A stretch of 63,826 nt of DNA from Candidatus Zixiibacteriota bacterium (GTDB lineage Bacteria > Zixibacteria > MSB-5A5 > UBA10806 > 4484-95). The notes below the pieces were generated by a model. The model ran no database searches and was not told the DNA's origin. It saw only the letters and a list, made by a program, of their open reading frames with translations. Each line of letters opens with the position of its first letter. Within the stretch, counting starts at the first letter, position 1. Made by a program: the position numbers and the translations under genes. Below, piece by piece: positions 29,217 through 38,456 of the stretch. The stretch is from NCBI GenBank assembly GCA_029932605.1, contig JAOZPT010000008.1, positions 1 to 63,826 on the forward strand, in the 5' to 3' direction.

Positions 29217-29245
29217 TTGACATACATTGATAAGGCTGATAAAAT
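29217..29245 (+). promoter_or_regulatory. sigma70-type promoter TTGACA-N17-TAAAAT
   Basis: TTGACA 29217-29222, a 17-nt spacer, TAAAAT 29240-29245. It heads the dtd-to-rlmH gene string. Confidence 0.5.
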
Positions 29246-29287
29246 TTCGCATTAAACGTATTACGGGGATTGATACCGGGAGGTGGT

Positions 29288-29725
29288 TTGCGGATAGTTC
29301 TTCAGCGTGTCAAAAGAGCCTTGGTCACGGTCGATGATGAGACGATCGGACAAATCGGTCGAGGGTTTTTAGTTCTGGTTGGTGCTCAGAAAGACGATAC
29401 TTTAAAGCAAGCAAATTACCTGGCGGATAAATGTGCCGGATTGAGGGTTTTTGAGGATGAAAATGGTAAGATGAATCTTTCAATCAAGGATATCGGTGGC
29501 GAAGTATTGGTTGTTTCGCAATTCACTCTTTGTGCTGATGTCTCAAAGGGGAGAAGGCCATCTTTTGATGGAGCTATGCCGCCGGCCGATGCCGAAAGAC
29601 TTTATATGCAATTCTGTGAGTTGCTAACAGGGCATGGATTAAATGTTCAGACAGGACGGTTCGGAGCTAAAATGGCTGTTGAGCTTATAAACGATGGTCC
29701 TGTCACTTTAATTCTGGAAAATTGA
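29288..29725 (+). CDS. dtd: D-aminoacyl-tRNA deacylase
   Basis: RIVLQRV...FLVLVG..., SQFTL and GRRPSF motifs. The TTG at 29288 gives the usual length of about 145 aa; the ORF-track start is 29270. Confidence 0.85.
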   Translation: MRIVLQRVKRALVTVDDETIGQIGRGFLVLVGAQKDDTLKQANYLADKCAGLRVFEDENGKMNLSIKDIGGEVLVVSQFTLCADVSKGRRPSFDGAMPPADAERLYMQFCELLTGHGLNVQTGRFGAKMAVELINDGPVTLILEN

Positions 29726-30291
29726 AAATAATACTTGCGTCAAGTTCACCACGACGGTTTAAACTTCTTATGGAGGAAGGGTATAAATTTGAAGTGGTGT
29801 CTCCAGATGTTGATGAAATAAGGTTACCAGCTGAATCACCTCAGGATTATGTTCGCCGGTTGGCTCTGGTTAAGGCAAGGTCTGTTTTGGTAGATAAAGC
29901 GCTGGTTATCGGAGCTGATACTGTAGTGGTGCTTGGCGATGAATTTTTAAATAAGCCATCATCAGAATTAGAAGCAAAAGTTATTCTTGAGAAACTTTCG
30001 GGAAATGTTCATACGGTTTATACGGGTTTAAGTATGATCTGTTCTGTTTGCGGAAAGGAGGATTCTGATTTTGATAAAACAATTGTTCATTTTAACTACT
30101 TGACTGAGAAATCAATTTTAAAATATATAGAAAGTGGTGAGCCTATGGATAAGGCTGGAGCTTATGGTATCCAGGGAATGGGGTCGTTTCTTGTTAAAAA
30201 GATAGAAGGTAAACTTGATACGGTAATAGGTTTTCCCAAGGAGCTTTTTAAAAAGATGCTGAAGGAGCATGAAGATTGCCTGAAAGTTTAG
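29722..30291 (+). CDS. maf: Maf-like nucleoside triphosphate pyrophosphatase
   Basis: ILASSSPRR, GADTVVVL and AGAYGIQG motifs. Confidence 0.85.
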   Translation: MKIILASSSPRRFKLLMEEGYKFEVVSPDVDEIRLPAESPQDYVRRLALVKARSVLVDKALVIGADTVVVLGDEFLNKPSSELEAKVILEKLSGNVHTVYTGLSMICSVCGKEDSDFDKTIVHFNYLTEKSILKYIESGEPMDKAGAYGIQGMGSFLVKKIEGKLDTVIGFPKELFKKMLKEHEDCLKV

Positions 30292-31013
30292 GAGAAAAAC
30301 TTCGCGAACTCAGAGAAAAGCAAGGACTCAGCCGGGAACAGCTTTACTCTCGGACCAAAATTTTGGTGAAGTATATTGAGGCGTTAGAGGACGGCCGATG
30401 GGACCTTCTACCTGGACAGGTTTACCTAAAACCTTTTGTAAAAAGTATTGCCGAGGTTTTAGGTGTGAACTATAAAGAGCTGTATTCGTTAATTGATAAA
30501 ACTGATTATGAAAAAAAGGATAGAACGGTTAAGCCTGAGAATGTAAAATTTGATTATCGTTGGTTGGTTATTTTATTAATGGCTATGCTTGTCGCTTTAG
30601 TAATAATACTCTTACATCCCTCGATGTCCGGTGACAAAACCCATAGTGAAGGTGTAAATCTTTCCATTATGTCAGATAAAAATATTGCTAAAGGGGATGG
30701 TAGAAGACATTCTACAAGACTGGACATTCCTTCGGATTTCATTTTCAGCGATTCTTTTCATACTCTTGAATTGATAGCTACTGATACCGTCTGGCTTATG
30801 CTAACGGCTGGCGATGATACTCTTTATACAGGTATCCTTTCACCCGGAAAGAAAATCAGTCGAGAGTCATTTAAACCGTTTGAGCTGGCAATGGGTAAGA
30901 GCAATTGTTTGGAAATTATTTATAATAATCAGAAGCTGGATAACGAGAGGTATTTGAAAGATAGGAGACGTATCAAGTTTTCGGACTTAGTTATTTCCGA
31001 TGTGGATAAATAG
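30276..31013 (+). CDS. rodZ: RodZ-like cytoskeleton-associated protein (HTH, TM, C-terminal DUF4115-like domain)
   Basis: N-terminal HTH (LGEKLRELREKQGLSREQL...IEALEDGRWDLLPGQVYLKPFVKS), a single TM (WLVILLMAMLVALVIILL) and a beta-rich C-terminal domain. Confidence 0.65.
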   Translation: MPESLGEKLRELREKQGLSREQLYSRTKILVKYIEALEDGRWDLLPGQVYLKPFVKSIAEVLGVNYKELYSLIDKTDYEKKDRTVKPENVKFDYRWLVILLMAMLVALVIILLHPSMSGDKTHSEGVNLSIMSDKNIAKGDGRRHSTRLDIPSDFIFSDSFHTLELIATDTVWLMLTAGDDTLYTGILSPGKKISRESFKPFELAMGKSNCLEIIYNNQKLDNERYLKDRRRIKFSDLVISDVDK

Positions 31014-31022
31014 AGGATTAAT

Positions 31023-31598
31023 GTGAGAGTAAACAAGTTTGCAGAGAGATTGACCAGGGTATATCACCGTTTAACGGTGAAGACCCAACCGATAAATTTC
31101 TTGTCTTCAGTTGATGATTACAGAGATTGCCTTGTTTGTTTACCCGCCAATATGGAATTTATCCTCGAGGCTGCTTCGAAACTTCCCCATATAGCTGAGA
31201 TATTTCCTAATCGGATGATTAACGTACTGCTGACATCGAATATCGATCCCCGTTCCCACAATTATATCAAGAGATTTACGATTATTAAGCCTTATTCGAG
31301 CGATATAAATTCTTTTTATCTTCCCAAGAGGTCTTTTATTAATAGAGTTGCGGCTCAGGGTATATCGGTATGTATTGATTTGGATTTCAATCCTAATTTT
31401 TTCAATTCGAGTGTTTGCATAATGACAAAAGCACCGGTGCGTATCGGTTTTGCCAAGGGTTTGGGATTACCTTACTATAATTTGGAGATTGATATTGATA
31501 GCGATAAAGTGTCGACCAAGGAATCTTACAATCAATTTATAAAGGTACTTTACAATTTTAAGAATGAAGGAGAGGAGATTGCTCCTATCAAAACTTGA
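31023..31598 (+). CDS. hypothetical protein resembling the N-terminal half of GT9 heptosyltransferases
   Basis: 191 aa. ...ISVCIDLDFNPNFFNSSVCIMTKAPVRIGFAKG... resembles the YDLVIDLQ...RIGF pattern of GT9 N-domains. There is no C-terminal nucleotide-sugar domain. It overlaps the smc start. Confidence 0.3.
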   Translation: MRVNKFAERLTRVYHRLTVKTQPINFLSSVDDYRDCLVCLPANMEFILEAASKLPHIAEIFPNRMINVLLTSNIDPRSHNYIKRFTIIKPYSSDINSFYLPKRSFINRVAAQGISVCIDLDFNPNFFNSSVCIMTKAPVRIGFAKGLGLPYYNLEIDIDSDKVSTKESYNQFIKVLYNFKNEGEEIAPIKT

Positions 31599-34500
31599 AT
31601 TGCACGGATTTAAGTCATTTCCCAACAGAACCGAGCTCAGTTTTGATAACGGGATAATGGCTATAGTTGGTCCTAATGGTTGTGGTAAGACAAACATACT
31701 TGATTCCATAAGATGGGTTCTTGGTGAACAACGTTCTTCTCTTCTGCGCGGTTCTAAAATGGAGGAGGTAATCTTTAACGGATCCGGCCAGCAAAGGCCT
31801 GCGGACATGGCTGAGGTTAGCCTTACAATCAAAAATAACCGAGGTGTTTTACCGCTTGAGTATGATGAACTCGTTGTTTCACGTCGTCTCTACCGTTCTG
31901 GCGAATCGGAATATTTAATCAATAAAACAGCGTGCCGTTTGAGGGACATAGTCGACCTGTTTGCCGATACTGGGATGGGGGCACACGCTTACAGCCTTTT
32001 CCAACCCAGCATGGTCGATTCTGTGCTATCTGACAATGCTGAAGAACGCAGGTTTATGTTTGAGGAGGCTGCTGGTATAACCAGATACAAAAACCGAAAA
32101 AAGGAAACCCTGAAAAAGCTGGAGAATACAGAGGCCGACTTAATTAGGCTTAGCGATATCATAAATGAAATCTCGAAGAATGTACGCTCATTAAGACGGC
32201 AGGCATCGAAAGCTAAAAGGTATAAAAACATCAAGGAGGAATTGAGAAACCTTGAAATCAAACGTGCTTCCGCTAAGCTATTCGATCTAGAACAAAAGAT
32301 AAAAGCATGTTCTGATAGAATAAACGTTTTTCGAACCGATCAGCAAGCCATTAAGACAGACATTGATAAAGAGGAAGCAACTATTGAACATTTGAAGTTA
32401 GAAACGACCCGGTTAAGTGATGAAATTTCTGATAAGGCCTCTAAAACAGCAGAACTTTCCGAACAGGGTATACGTTTTGAGAATGAAATTACAAGCATTC
32501 AAACTCGTCTTTCATCAGGCCGTGAAAATGTCAATTTATGGAATAGGGAGATAGAAAACTTAAAACAACGGATAAAATCACTGGAAACCCAGCAAAGCCA
32601 GATTGAAAAGCAACACAACGAAAAATCCACTGGTTTAAAGAGTCTGGACCAGGAGACGATTAGGGCAGAATCTCGTGTTATTTTTCTCAGGGAAAAACTT
32701 GATAAGTTTGAGGCTTCCCTGGAATCCTTAAAAGAGAGCCGGCACAAACTTGAAAACGAGATTACTGCTGATACAATCAAGCATGATTCAATATTAAATT
32801 CGCTTGAACGTTTAACCAACCTGAAAAGGAGTATGGATAAATCCATTTGGGATTATCGGGTTAAAAAGGAAAAGTTGCAGGAAGAACTGAGATTGCATAG
32901 GGCAAAAATAGAAGAGTGTAAGGCAGATGTTATTAGAATCGATAGGAGGTTAGGGGAGAATAATCAAGAGCAAATCGGGCTTCTTTCCCAGATTGATGAC
33001 ATCAAAAAGAAGATATCGCTCTGCAACGCGGAAAAATCAGCAGTCGAGGCAAAGATTGATTTGTTATCACAGATGGTTATTCACTACGAGGGTTACGGTT
33101 CGGGCATCAAAGATCTATTTGCATGGGCGGATAAACCTGAGGGTTTGGTTGATACTTTAACAAACCTGTTAAAGGTGGATAAACAATATCACTTGGCGGT
33201 TGAGTCCGCTTTGAACAAATATGGGCAACTCGTGGTTTGCCATACCCGTGATGACGTTTACAGATGTATCGATTATCTGAAGTCCAATTCGTTAGGGCGA
33301 GTTGGATTTTTGATTCTTGATAATGTGGATCACGCAAATGTTAGTGTCAAACCAATAAAAGCCGAGGGATATATCTCTAATGTGGCTGAGCTAATAGATT
33401 GTTTAGATTATCTAAAGCCAGTGATGGAAAGAATTTTTGCGAACATCTCGGTTTTTGAATCAGGAAAGATTCCCGATGATTACAGTAGTGAGGCGGTGGA
33501 CCTTGACGGTAACTACTATAACCCTTTCGGCATAATTGCAGGTGGAAAATCGGATATTACTTTAATTGGCAAGATGGATGAACTTTCTGGTCTGAAAGAT
33601 TTGCTTGGATCTCTCAAAAAAAAGCAGGATTATCTTGAACGGAGCCTTCAGCAAAGCCAGTCATCATTGACCGAGCACCGTAAGGGAAAATTGGTTCTTG
33701 ATGAACAAAAAAAGACACTATTATTTAAACGTGAAAACTTATTCAGGGAGTTGACAAAATTAGAATTTGAATTTCAAGAGTGTGTTAACCGTCTTGAGCA
33801 ATTATCATCTGACAGTGCGGATACGGATAAGCAATTAAAAAACTTTGAGTGTCAAAAAGATGAAATCAAAAGTCGAATAACAGACAGTGAGTCCCGTTTA
33901 CAGAAGCTCAATCAACAGATTAGCCAATTATCAGACGATCAAAAAAAGCATGTTAATGATTATGAGAACGCTTCATCGGAATTGAGCAAGTTACGGCTTA
34001 AATCGGTTGAGATATCCGGTCTTTTACAAAAGCTTGGGGAAGACATGAAGCGTATTTCAGAGTTGATAGATGAGGCTACAAAGATGGTTGACTATAAATC
34101 AGAGATGATTGACACGGAACATAGCAAATGGCATGAACTTGAGAACCGTAAAGATGAGATAAAGTCGAAATTGATTGAAGTTTCCCGGGCAAAGGATACG
34201 GTTGAGGATAACAAGATCGATCTTAACAACAAAAGGGGTGCATTGGCACAACAACGTGATGAATCTGAGGGGGTGTTGAAATCCCTTCGTAAAAAGAGTA
34301 GTGAAATTAATGAGAAGATACATCAAGAGGAGCTTAAACTCGCAGATTTGAAGAATTCTCTTAAGACGGTCGAAGAGGGTATTTTTAGCGAATATGGTGT
34401 TTGGGCAACAGGCGCTAAAGATAAAGAATATGATGAATCCCTGATAAATTCGGAGATAGAACGACTGAAGAATATTATTGAAAAGGTTGGTCCGATTAAT

Positions 34501-35094
34501 ATGCTGGCAGATGAGGAGTATAATAACGAGAAAGATCGACTTGATTTTTTAGAGTCACAATATGCTGATTTAAAAGAAGCTAAATCGTCGCTTAATGCTG
34601 CTATAAGGAAGATAAACCAGACCGCCAGAGAGAAGTTTTCCGATACGTTTGAGCTTATAAAAGAGAATTTCCAGAAAGTATTCGAGACATTATTCGAGGG
34701 TGGAACCGCCGAGGTTAGATTAGCCGACCCGGATGATTTACTTAATTCACCTATTGAGATAACGGCCCGGCCTAAGGGTAAGAAGCTTGTTTCTCTCAAT
34801 CAGCTTTCCGGTGGCGAAAGAGCTTTGACAGCTATCTCTTTGTTGTTTGCGATTTACATGGTTAAACCAAGCCCATTCTGCATCCTTGATGAGATCGATG
34901 CCCCTCTTGATGATGCCAATATTGGTCGATTCATAAAGCTTATAAGAAAATTCACCCAGTCAACTCAGTTTATAGTTATAACTCATAATAAAAGAACAAT
35001 GGAGGCCGCTGGTATCCTGTATGGTGTTACGATGGAAACACCGGGCATATCGAGAATAGTCTCGGTGAAATTTAACGGTGATGGTGGTGAATAA
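31564..35094 (+). CDS. smc: chromosome partition protein SMC
   Basis: LELHGFKSF, Walker A GPNGCGKTN, long coiled coils with a central hinge, signature LSGGERAL and Walker B ILDEIDAPLD. The start may be the TTG at 31579. Confidence 0.93.
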   Translation: MKERRLLLSKLELHGFKSFPNRTELSFDNGIMAIVGPNGCGKTNILDSIRWVLGEQRSSLLRGSKMEEVIFNGSGQQRPADMAEVSLTIKNNRGVLPLEYDELVVSRRLYRSGESEYLINKTACRLRDIVDLFADTGMGAHAYSLFQPSMVDSVLSDNAEERRFMFEEAAGITRYKNRKKETLKKLENTEADLIRLSDIINEISKNVRSLRRQASKAKRYKNIKEELRNLEIKRASAKLFDLEQKIKACSDRINVFRTDQQAIKTDIDKEEATIEHLKLETTRLSDEISDKASKTAELSEQGIRFENEITSIQTRLSSGRENVNLWNREIENLKQRIKSLETQQSQIEKQHNEKSTGLKSLDQETIRAESRVIFLREKLDKFEASLESLKESRHKLENEITADTIKHDSILNSLERLTNLKRSMDKSIWDYRVKKEKLQEELRLHRAKIEECKADVIRIDRRLGENNQEQIGLLSQIDDIKKKISLCNAEKSAVEAKIDLLSQMVIHYEGYGSGIKDLFAWADKPEGLVDTLTNLLKVDKQYHLAVESALNKYGQLVVCHTRDDVYRCIDYLKSNSLGRVGFLILDNVDHANVSVKPIKAEGYISNVAELIDCLDYLKPVMERIFANISVFESGKIPDDYSSEAVDLDGNYYNPFGIIAGGKSDITLIGKMDELSGLKDLLGSLKKKQDYLERSLQQSQSSLTEHRKGKLVLDEQKKTLLFKRENLFRELTKLEFEFQECVNRLEQLSSDSADTDKQLKNFECQKDEIKSRITDSESRLQKLNQQISQLSDDQKKHVNDYENASSELSKLRLKSVEISGLLQKLGEDMKRISELIDEATKMVDYKSEMIDTEHSKWHELENRKDEIKSKLIEVSRAKDTVEDNKIDLNNKRGALAQQRDESEGVLKSLRKKSSEINEKIHQEELKLADLKNSLKTVEEGIFSEYGVWATGAKDKEYDESLINSEIERLKNIIEKVGPINMLADEEYNNEKDRLDFLESQYADLKEAKSSLNAAIRKINQTAREKFSDTFELIKENFQKVFETLFEGGTAEVRLADPDDLLNSPIEITARPKGKKLVSLNQLSGGERALTAISLLFAIYMVKPSPFCILDEIDAPLDDANIGRFIKLIRKFTQSTQFIVITHNKRTMEAAGILYGVTMETPGISRIVSVKFNGDGGE

Positions 35095-35099
35095 TAAAT

Positions 35100-35981
35100 A
35101 TGATGAACCGATTTGTTGAGGGCTTAGCCAAGACAAGGAATGGTATTTTTGGCAGAATAGGCGGTCTATTCAATAAAAAAATCGATGAGGAATTTCTTGA
35201 AATACTTGAAGAGAATCTCATTCTTGCTGATGTTGGTCCGGGTCCGACGGCCAGTATTATCAATGTCTTAAAAGAAAATAGAGACGACAATCCGTTTGAG
35301 GTTTTAAAAGAGGAAATATATAAGCGAGTAAATGTAGTCAGCCCTAAAGATGTCAGTAGGGAACCTAAGCCAAGTGTGATTATGTTTGTTGGTGTCAATG
35401 GCTCGGGGAAAACAACATCGATTGGTAAGCTGGCAGCTAGGTTTATAAACGAAGGCAAAGATGTTATTTTGGCAGCTGCTGATACATTCAGAGCCGCTGC
35501 CACTGAACAACTGGGTTTGTGGGCTGAAAAAGTTGGTGCTCAGTTTATTAAATCGGTCACCGGAGCCGATCCCGCTGCCGTAGCTTTTGATGCAATTAAA
35601 GCAGGAGTCGCTAAGGGAGCTGATTATGTCCTTATCGATACCGCTGGGAGACTTCAGACACGTGTTAATCTCATGGAGGAATTGAAAAAAATTAAGCGAG
35701 TTGCCAACAAAGCGATGGCTGGGGCACCGCATGAAGTATGGTTGGTTCTTGATGCCTCTATCGGGCAGAACAGCTTTTCACAGGTAGAACTGTTCAATAG
35801 GACAGTTGGATTGACGGGGTTGATTTTAGCAAAACTGGATGGCACCTCCAAAGGTGGGGCTGTTGTTGCTATATCGGATAAATATGAGTTACCGGTAAAA
35901 TACGTGGGCCTAGGTGAAAACACTAAAGATATTGAGGTATTTGAACCACGGAAGTTTGCCGAAGCGTTTGTGAAAAAATGA
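35100..35981 (+). CDS. ftsY: signal recognition particle receptor FtsY (short form)
   Basis: GVNGSGKTTSIGKLA, DTAGRL and LAKLDGTSKGG motifs. Confidence 0.93.
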   Translation: MMNRFVEGLAKTRNGIFGRIGGLFNKKIDEEFLEILEENLILADVGPGPTASIINVLKENRDDNPFEVLKEEIYKRVNVVSPKDVSREPKPSVIMFVGVNGSGKTTSIGKLAARFINEGKDVILAAADTFRAAATEQLGLWAEKVGAQFIKSVTGADPAAVAFDAIKAGVAKGADYVLIDTAGRLQTRVNLMEELKKIKRVANKAMAGAPHEVWLVLDASIGQNSFSQVELFNRTVGLTGLILAKLDGTSKGGAVVAISDKYELPVKYVGLGENTKDIEVFEPRKFAEAFVKK

Positions 35982-36367
35982 TAGAAATTAAAATAAAGAC
36001 AACCTCGAGAAACCAGATGCTCGATATCACATCGGAGGTCTCGAAACATATTCCTGACGGTTTTTCCGGTCTGGCGTTTCTGTATGTTCCTCATACCACT
36101 GCAGGTATTACGATCAACGAGGGAGCAGACCCCTCGGTTAAAAACGATATTTTAAATCACCTGGCGGAACTTATTCCGTATTCCGGACGTTATACACATA
36201 TGGAAGGCAACTCGGACGCGCATATAAAAAGTAGCCTTATTGGTAATTCGATAAATATTATAGTTCGAGATGGGGGAATTGTTTTGGGTACATGGCAGGC
36301 GGTTTTCTTTTGTGAGTTTGATGGGCCGAGAAACAGAAAAGTATATCTTAACCTGGTTGGAAAATGA
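35978..36367 (+). CDS. yjbQ: YjbQ/UPF0047 family protein (secondary thiamine-phosphate synthase)
   Basis: VPHTTAGITINE, EGNSDAHIKSSL and LGTWQAVFFCEFDGPR. Confidence 0.8.
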   Translation: MIEIKIKTTSRNQMLDITSEVSKHIPDGFSGLAFLYVPHTTAGITINEGADPSVKNDILNHLAELIPYSGRYTHMEGNSDAHIKSSLIGNSINIIVRDGGIVLGTWQAVFFCEFDGPRNRKVYLNLVGK

Positions 36368-36837
36368 ATAAAATTAGATTAACAGTAATAGGCAAGCTTC
36401 ACAACGAATTTGCTAAAAAGTGGGCTGAACATTACCAGAAATTGATAAGTAAGTACTGCGATCTTGAGATAAAATTCCTCAAGGACGAAAAACTTGTTGA
36501 GGGAAAAAACGAGGTTGAGGTCTTAAGGCGAGAGGGCGAACGTATAATTGAGGCGGTAAAACCCAACGATTTTCTGATCATTTTAGACAGAAAGGGGAAA
36601 AAATTCAGGTCTAAGGATTTTGCCAGATTCCTGGAGGATTATTTTTCACGATCTGATATTACTTTGCATTTTATAATAGGGGGTACAATAGGTATTTCAG
36701 AGCAGATATTGAAATTTGCCGATATGCGATTGTCCCTTTCGGATATGACGTTTGCTCATCAACTTTCAGTTATAGTCTTTCTTGAGCAGATATACCGCGG
36801 TATCAGTATTGCAAAAGGTTTGCCTTATCATAGATAA
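36364..36837 (+). CDS. rlmH: 23S rRNA (pseudouridine1915-N3)-methyltransferase RlmH
   Basis: 157 aa SPOUT-family pattern (FIIGGTIGIS..., LSLSDMTFAHQL, EQIYRG). Confidence 0.88.
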   Translation: MNKIRLTVIGKLHNEFAKKWAEHYQKLISKYCDLEIKFLKDEKLVEGKNEVEVLRREGERIIEAVKPNDFLIILDRKGKKFRSKDFARFLEDYFSRSDITLHFIIGGTIGISEQILKFADMRLSLSDMTFAHQLSVIVFLEQIYRGISIAKGLPYHR

Positions 36838-36961
36838 GGGTATTTATTTTTCAATAAAAGTGGTATAATTATTTGAACTTGGTCATTCATTCGGATGTGT
36901 ATAGGATCTTGGTGACTGGTTATTGAGTAATGACGAAATTTTATCGTTATGAGGTAAACCC

Positions 36962-37687
36962 TTACGATAACATCTCTTTTAATTTAAGCGCATTTTCTAT
37001 AGCATAAGCATTGTAATCATTATTGAAATAAGCATAGACATCGAGATTTTGATTCAGATATTCTCTAAAAAGCATTGCCCAAACTGTTAGCTGTTTGTCG
37101 GTATATTTTGAGGCGTAAAGCTGGGCGGCGCCGTGAAATCTAACATACACGAAGTCCGAGGTCACCTCTTCGATACTTTCTAGGCCGGGCATGCTGACGA
37201 AACATGCGCAGATGTTATGCTTTCTTAATAGTATTATAACATCATCATCATGCCAGCTTTCATGGCGAAATTCAATGACATGGCGATGACCCTTTTTTAA
37301 AAATTTACAAAAGCTCTCAAGTCTTTCTAGGTTGAGCTTCAACGAAGGCGGTAGTTGAAAAAGTATCGGTCCCAATTTTGATTTGAAAAGAGACGCTCTC
37401 CGGTAAAATATTTTAAGCGGCTCTTTGATATCCACGAGTTTCAACCTATGAGTTATATATCGGCTGGCTTTAACCGCATAGGTGAAATCTTTTGGTGTCC
37501 TTTTGTGCCACGATTGGACAACCTTTTCTGAGGGCAAATGGTAGAATGTAGAATTCAACTCCACTGTATCAAAAAAACGACAATAATACTCAAGCCACTC
37601 TTTGCTTTTGACATCATCAGGATAGAAGTGCTCTTTCCAGTGCTCGTATGAAAACCCCGATGTGCCGATATGGATATTTCCTTTCAT
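36962..37687 (-). CDS. DUF72 (UPF0759) family protein
   Basis: IGTSGFSYEHWKEHFYP, FDTVELNSTFY, FQLPPS and EFRHESW are classic DUF72 segments. Confidence 0.85.
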   Translation of the reverse strand: MKGNIHIGTSGFSYEHWKEHFYPDDVKSKEWLEYYCRFFDTVELNSTFYHLPSEKVVQSWHKRTPKDFTYAVKASRYITHRLKLVDIKEPLKIFYRRASLFKSKLGPILFQLPPSLKLNLERLESFCKFLKKGHRHVIEFRHESWHDDDVIILLRKHNICACFVSMPGLESIEEVTSDFVYVRFHGAAQLYASKYTDKQLTVWAMLFREYLNQNLDVYAYFNNDYNAYAIENALKLKEMLS

Positions 37688-37785
37688 GGCTATAAATAAC
37701 CACCTTGTTATTAAATTATATAAAAATCAGCTAATCGGTAAAGGTAAATATAAGCATATTTATTCCAATAGAATTATTAAAATTA

Positions 37786-38163
37786 TCATTGCAAACAGGC
37801 GAAGCAATCGGGTAGCTTATGTATATTGCACGGACGTGTCCTGGGACTTCTTCGTCCTGTGGACTCATCATAACGCAGTGTAAATATTGGTACTTGAGCG
37901 GTTCCAGTATTTTCGAAATATACCAATGTTCCACAATCACCACCTCCATAGAACATATCGAGGTCACCGTCGTTATCAATATCAGCTAAGGAAATTTTTG
38001 TGTAAAAAGAGCCACCTAAAAATAGATTCTCGTAGTAAACATCATCCACCTAGCCGTTAAGCACCTGTTGCCAGGTAGTGTCCTGGGCAAACGATTTAGA
38101 TGCAATAAAACCAAAGCCACAAAGGATAGAAACTAACAATATATTTTTTAATTTCGGGAGCAT
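37786..38163 (-). pseudogene. remnant of a secreted FG-GAP/VCBS-repeat protein with an in-frame TAG
   Basis: Minus-strand ATG at 38163 gives MLPKLKNILLVSILCGFGFIASKSFAQDTTWQQVLNG, then TAG (38052-38050), then in the same frame VDDVYYENLFLGGSFYTKISLADIDNDGDLDMFYGGGDCGTLVYFENTGT... (one FG-GAP unit). The sequence then degenerates and stops at 37786. Confidence 0.5.
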
Positions 38164-38262
38164 ATATCTCCTGATTCTTTTTTTATAAGATAAAAATCTT
38201 TATTTAAAATGTAAAGGTTTTATCTGGTCGTATAGTGCTGAAAATTATTTTATTTTAACCGC

Positions 38263-38290
38263 TTGACTTAATTTTTTAAATAATTATATT
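38263..38290 (+). promoter_or_regulatory. sigma70-type promoter TTGACT-N16-TATATT for the rib leader
   Basis: TTGACT 38263-38268 and TATATT 38285-38290. The predicted TSS is at the 5' edge of the FMN aptamer. Confidence 0.45.
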
Positions 38291-38291
38291 G

Positions 38292-38412
38292 GTGCTGTCT
38301 TCGGGGCAAGGTGTAAATCCTTGACCGGCGGTTAAAGCCCGCGAGTCTGATCAGACTGAGCCTGTGGAATTCAGGGGCCGACGGTGAAAGTCCGGATGGG
38401 AGAAGATGGATT
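38292..38412 (+). promoter_or_regulatory. FMN riboswitch (RFN element)
   Basis: Matches conserved RFN blocks: CTTCGGGGCAAGGTGTAAATCCTTGACCGGCGGTTAAAGCCCGCGAG ... GGCCGACGGTGAAAGTCCGGATGGGAGAAG. It lies directly upstream of ribD. Confidence 0.9.
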
Positions 38413-38456
38413 TCTAAAAATTAAAATACCTTTACCCCGACGGCAGGGTTTTTTTT

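Noticed and set aside
35072-35503. 143-aa ORF antisense to ftsY, with similar ones at 34323-34799 (in smc), 35654-36094 and 17994-18410 (in the HEAT-repeat gene).
   Set aside because: All are antisense shadow ORFs fully embedded in well-supported genes, and their translations are low-complexity.
38050-38052. In-frame TAG in the FG-GAP remnant as pyrrolysine or programmed read-through.
   Set aside because: It is a single occurrence, there are no pyl genes in the window, and the downstream sequence is itself degenerate and truncated. Gene decay is the simpler explanation.
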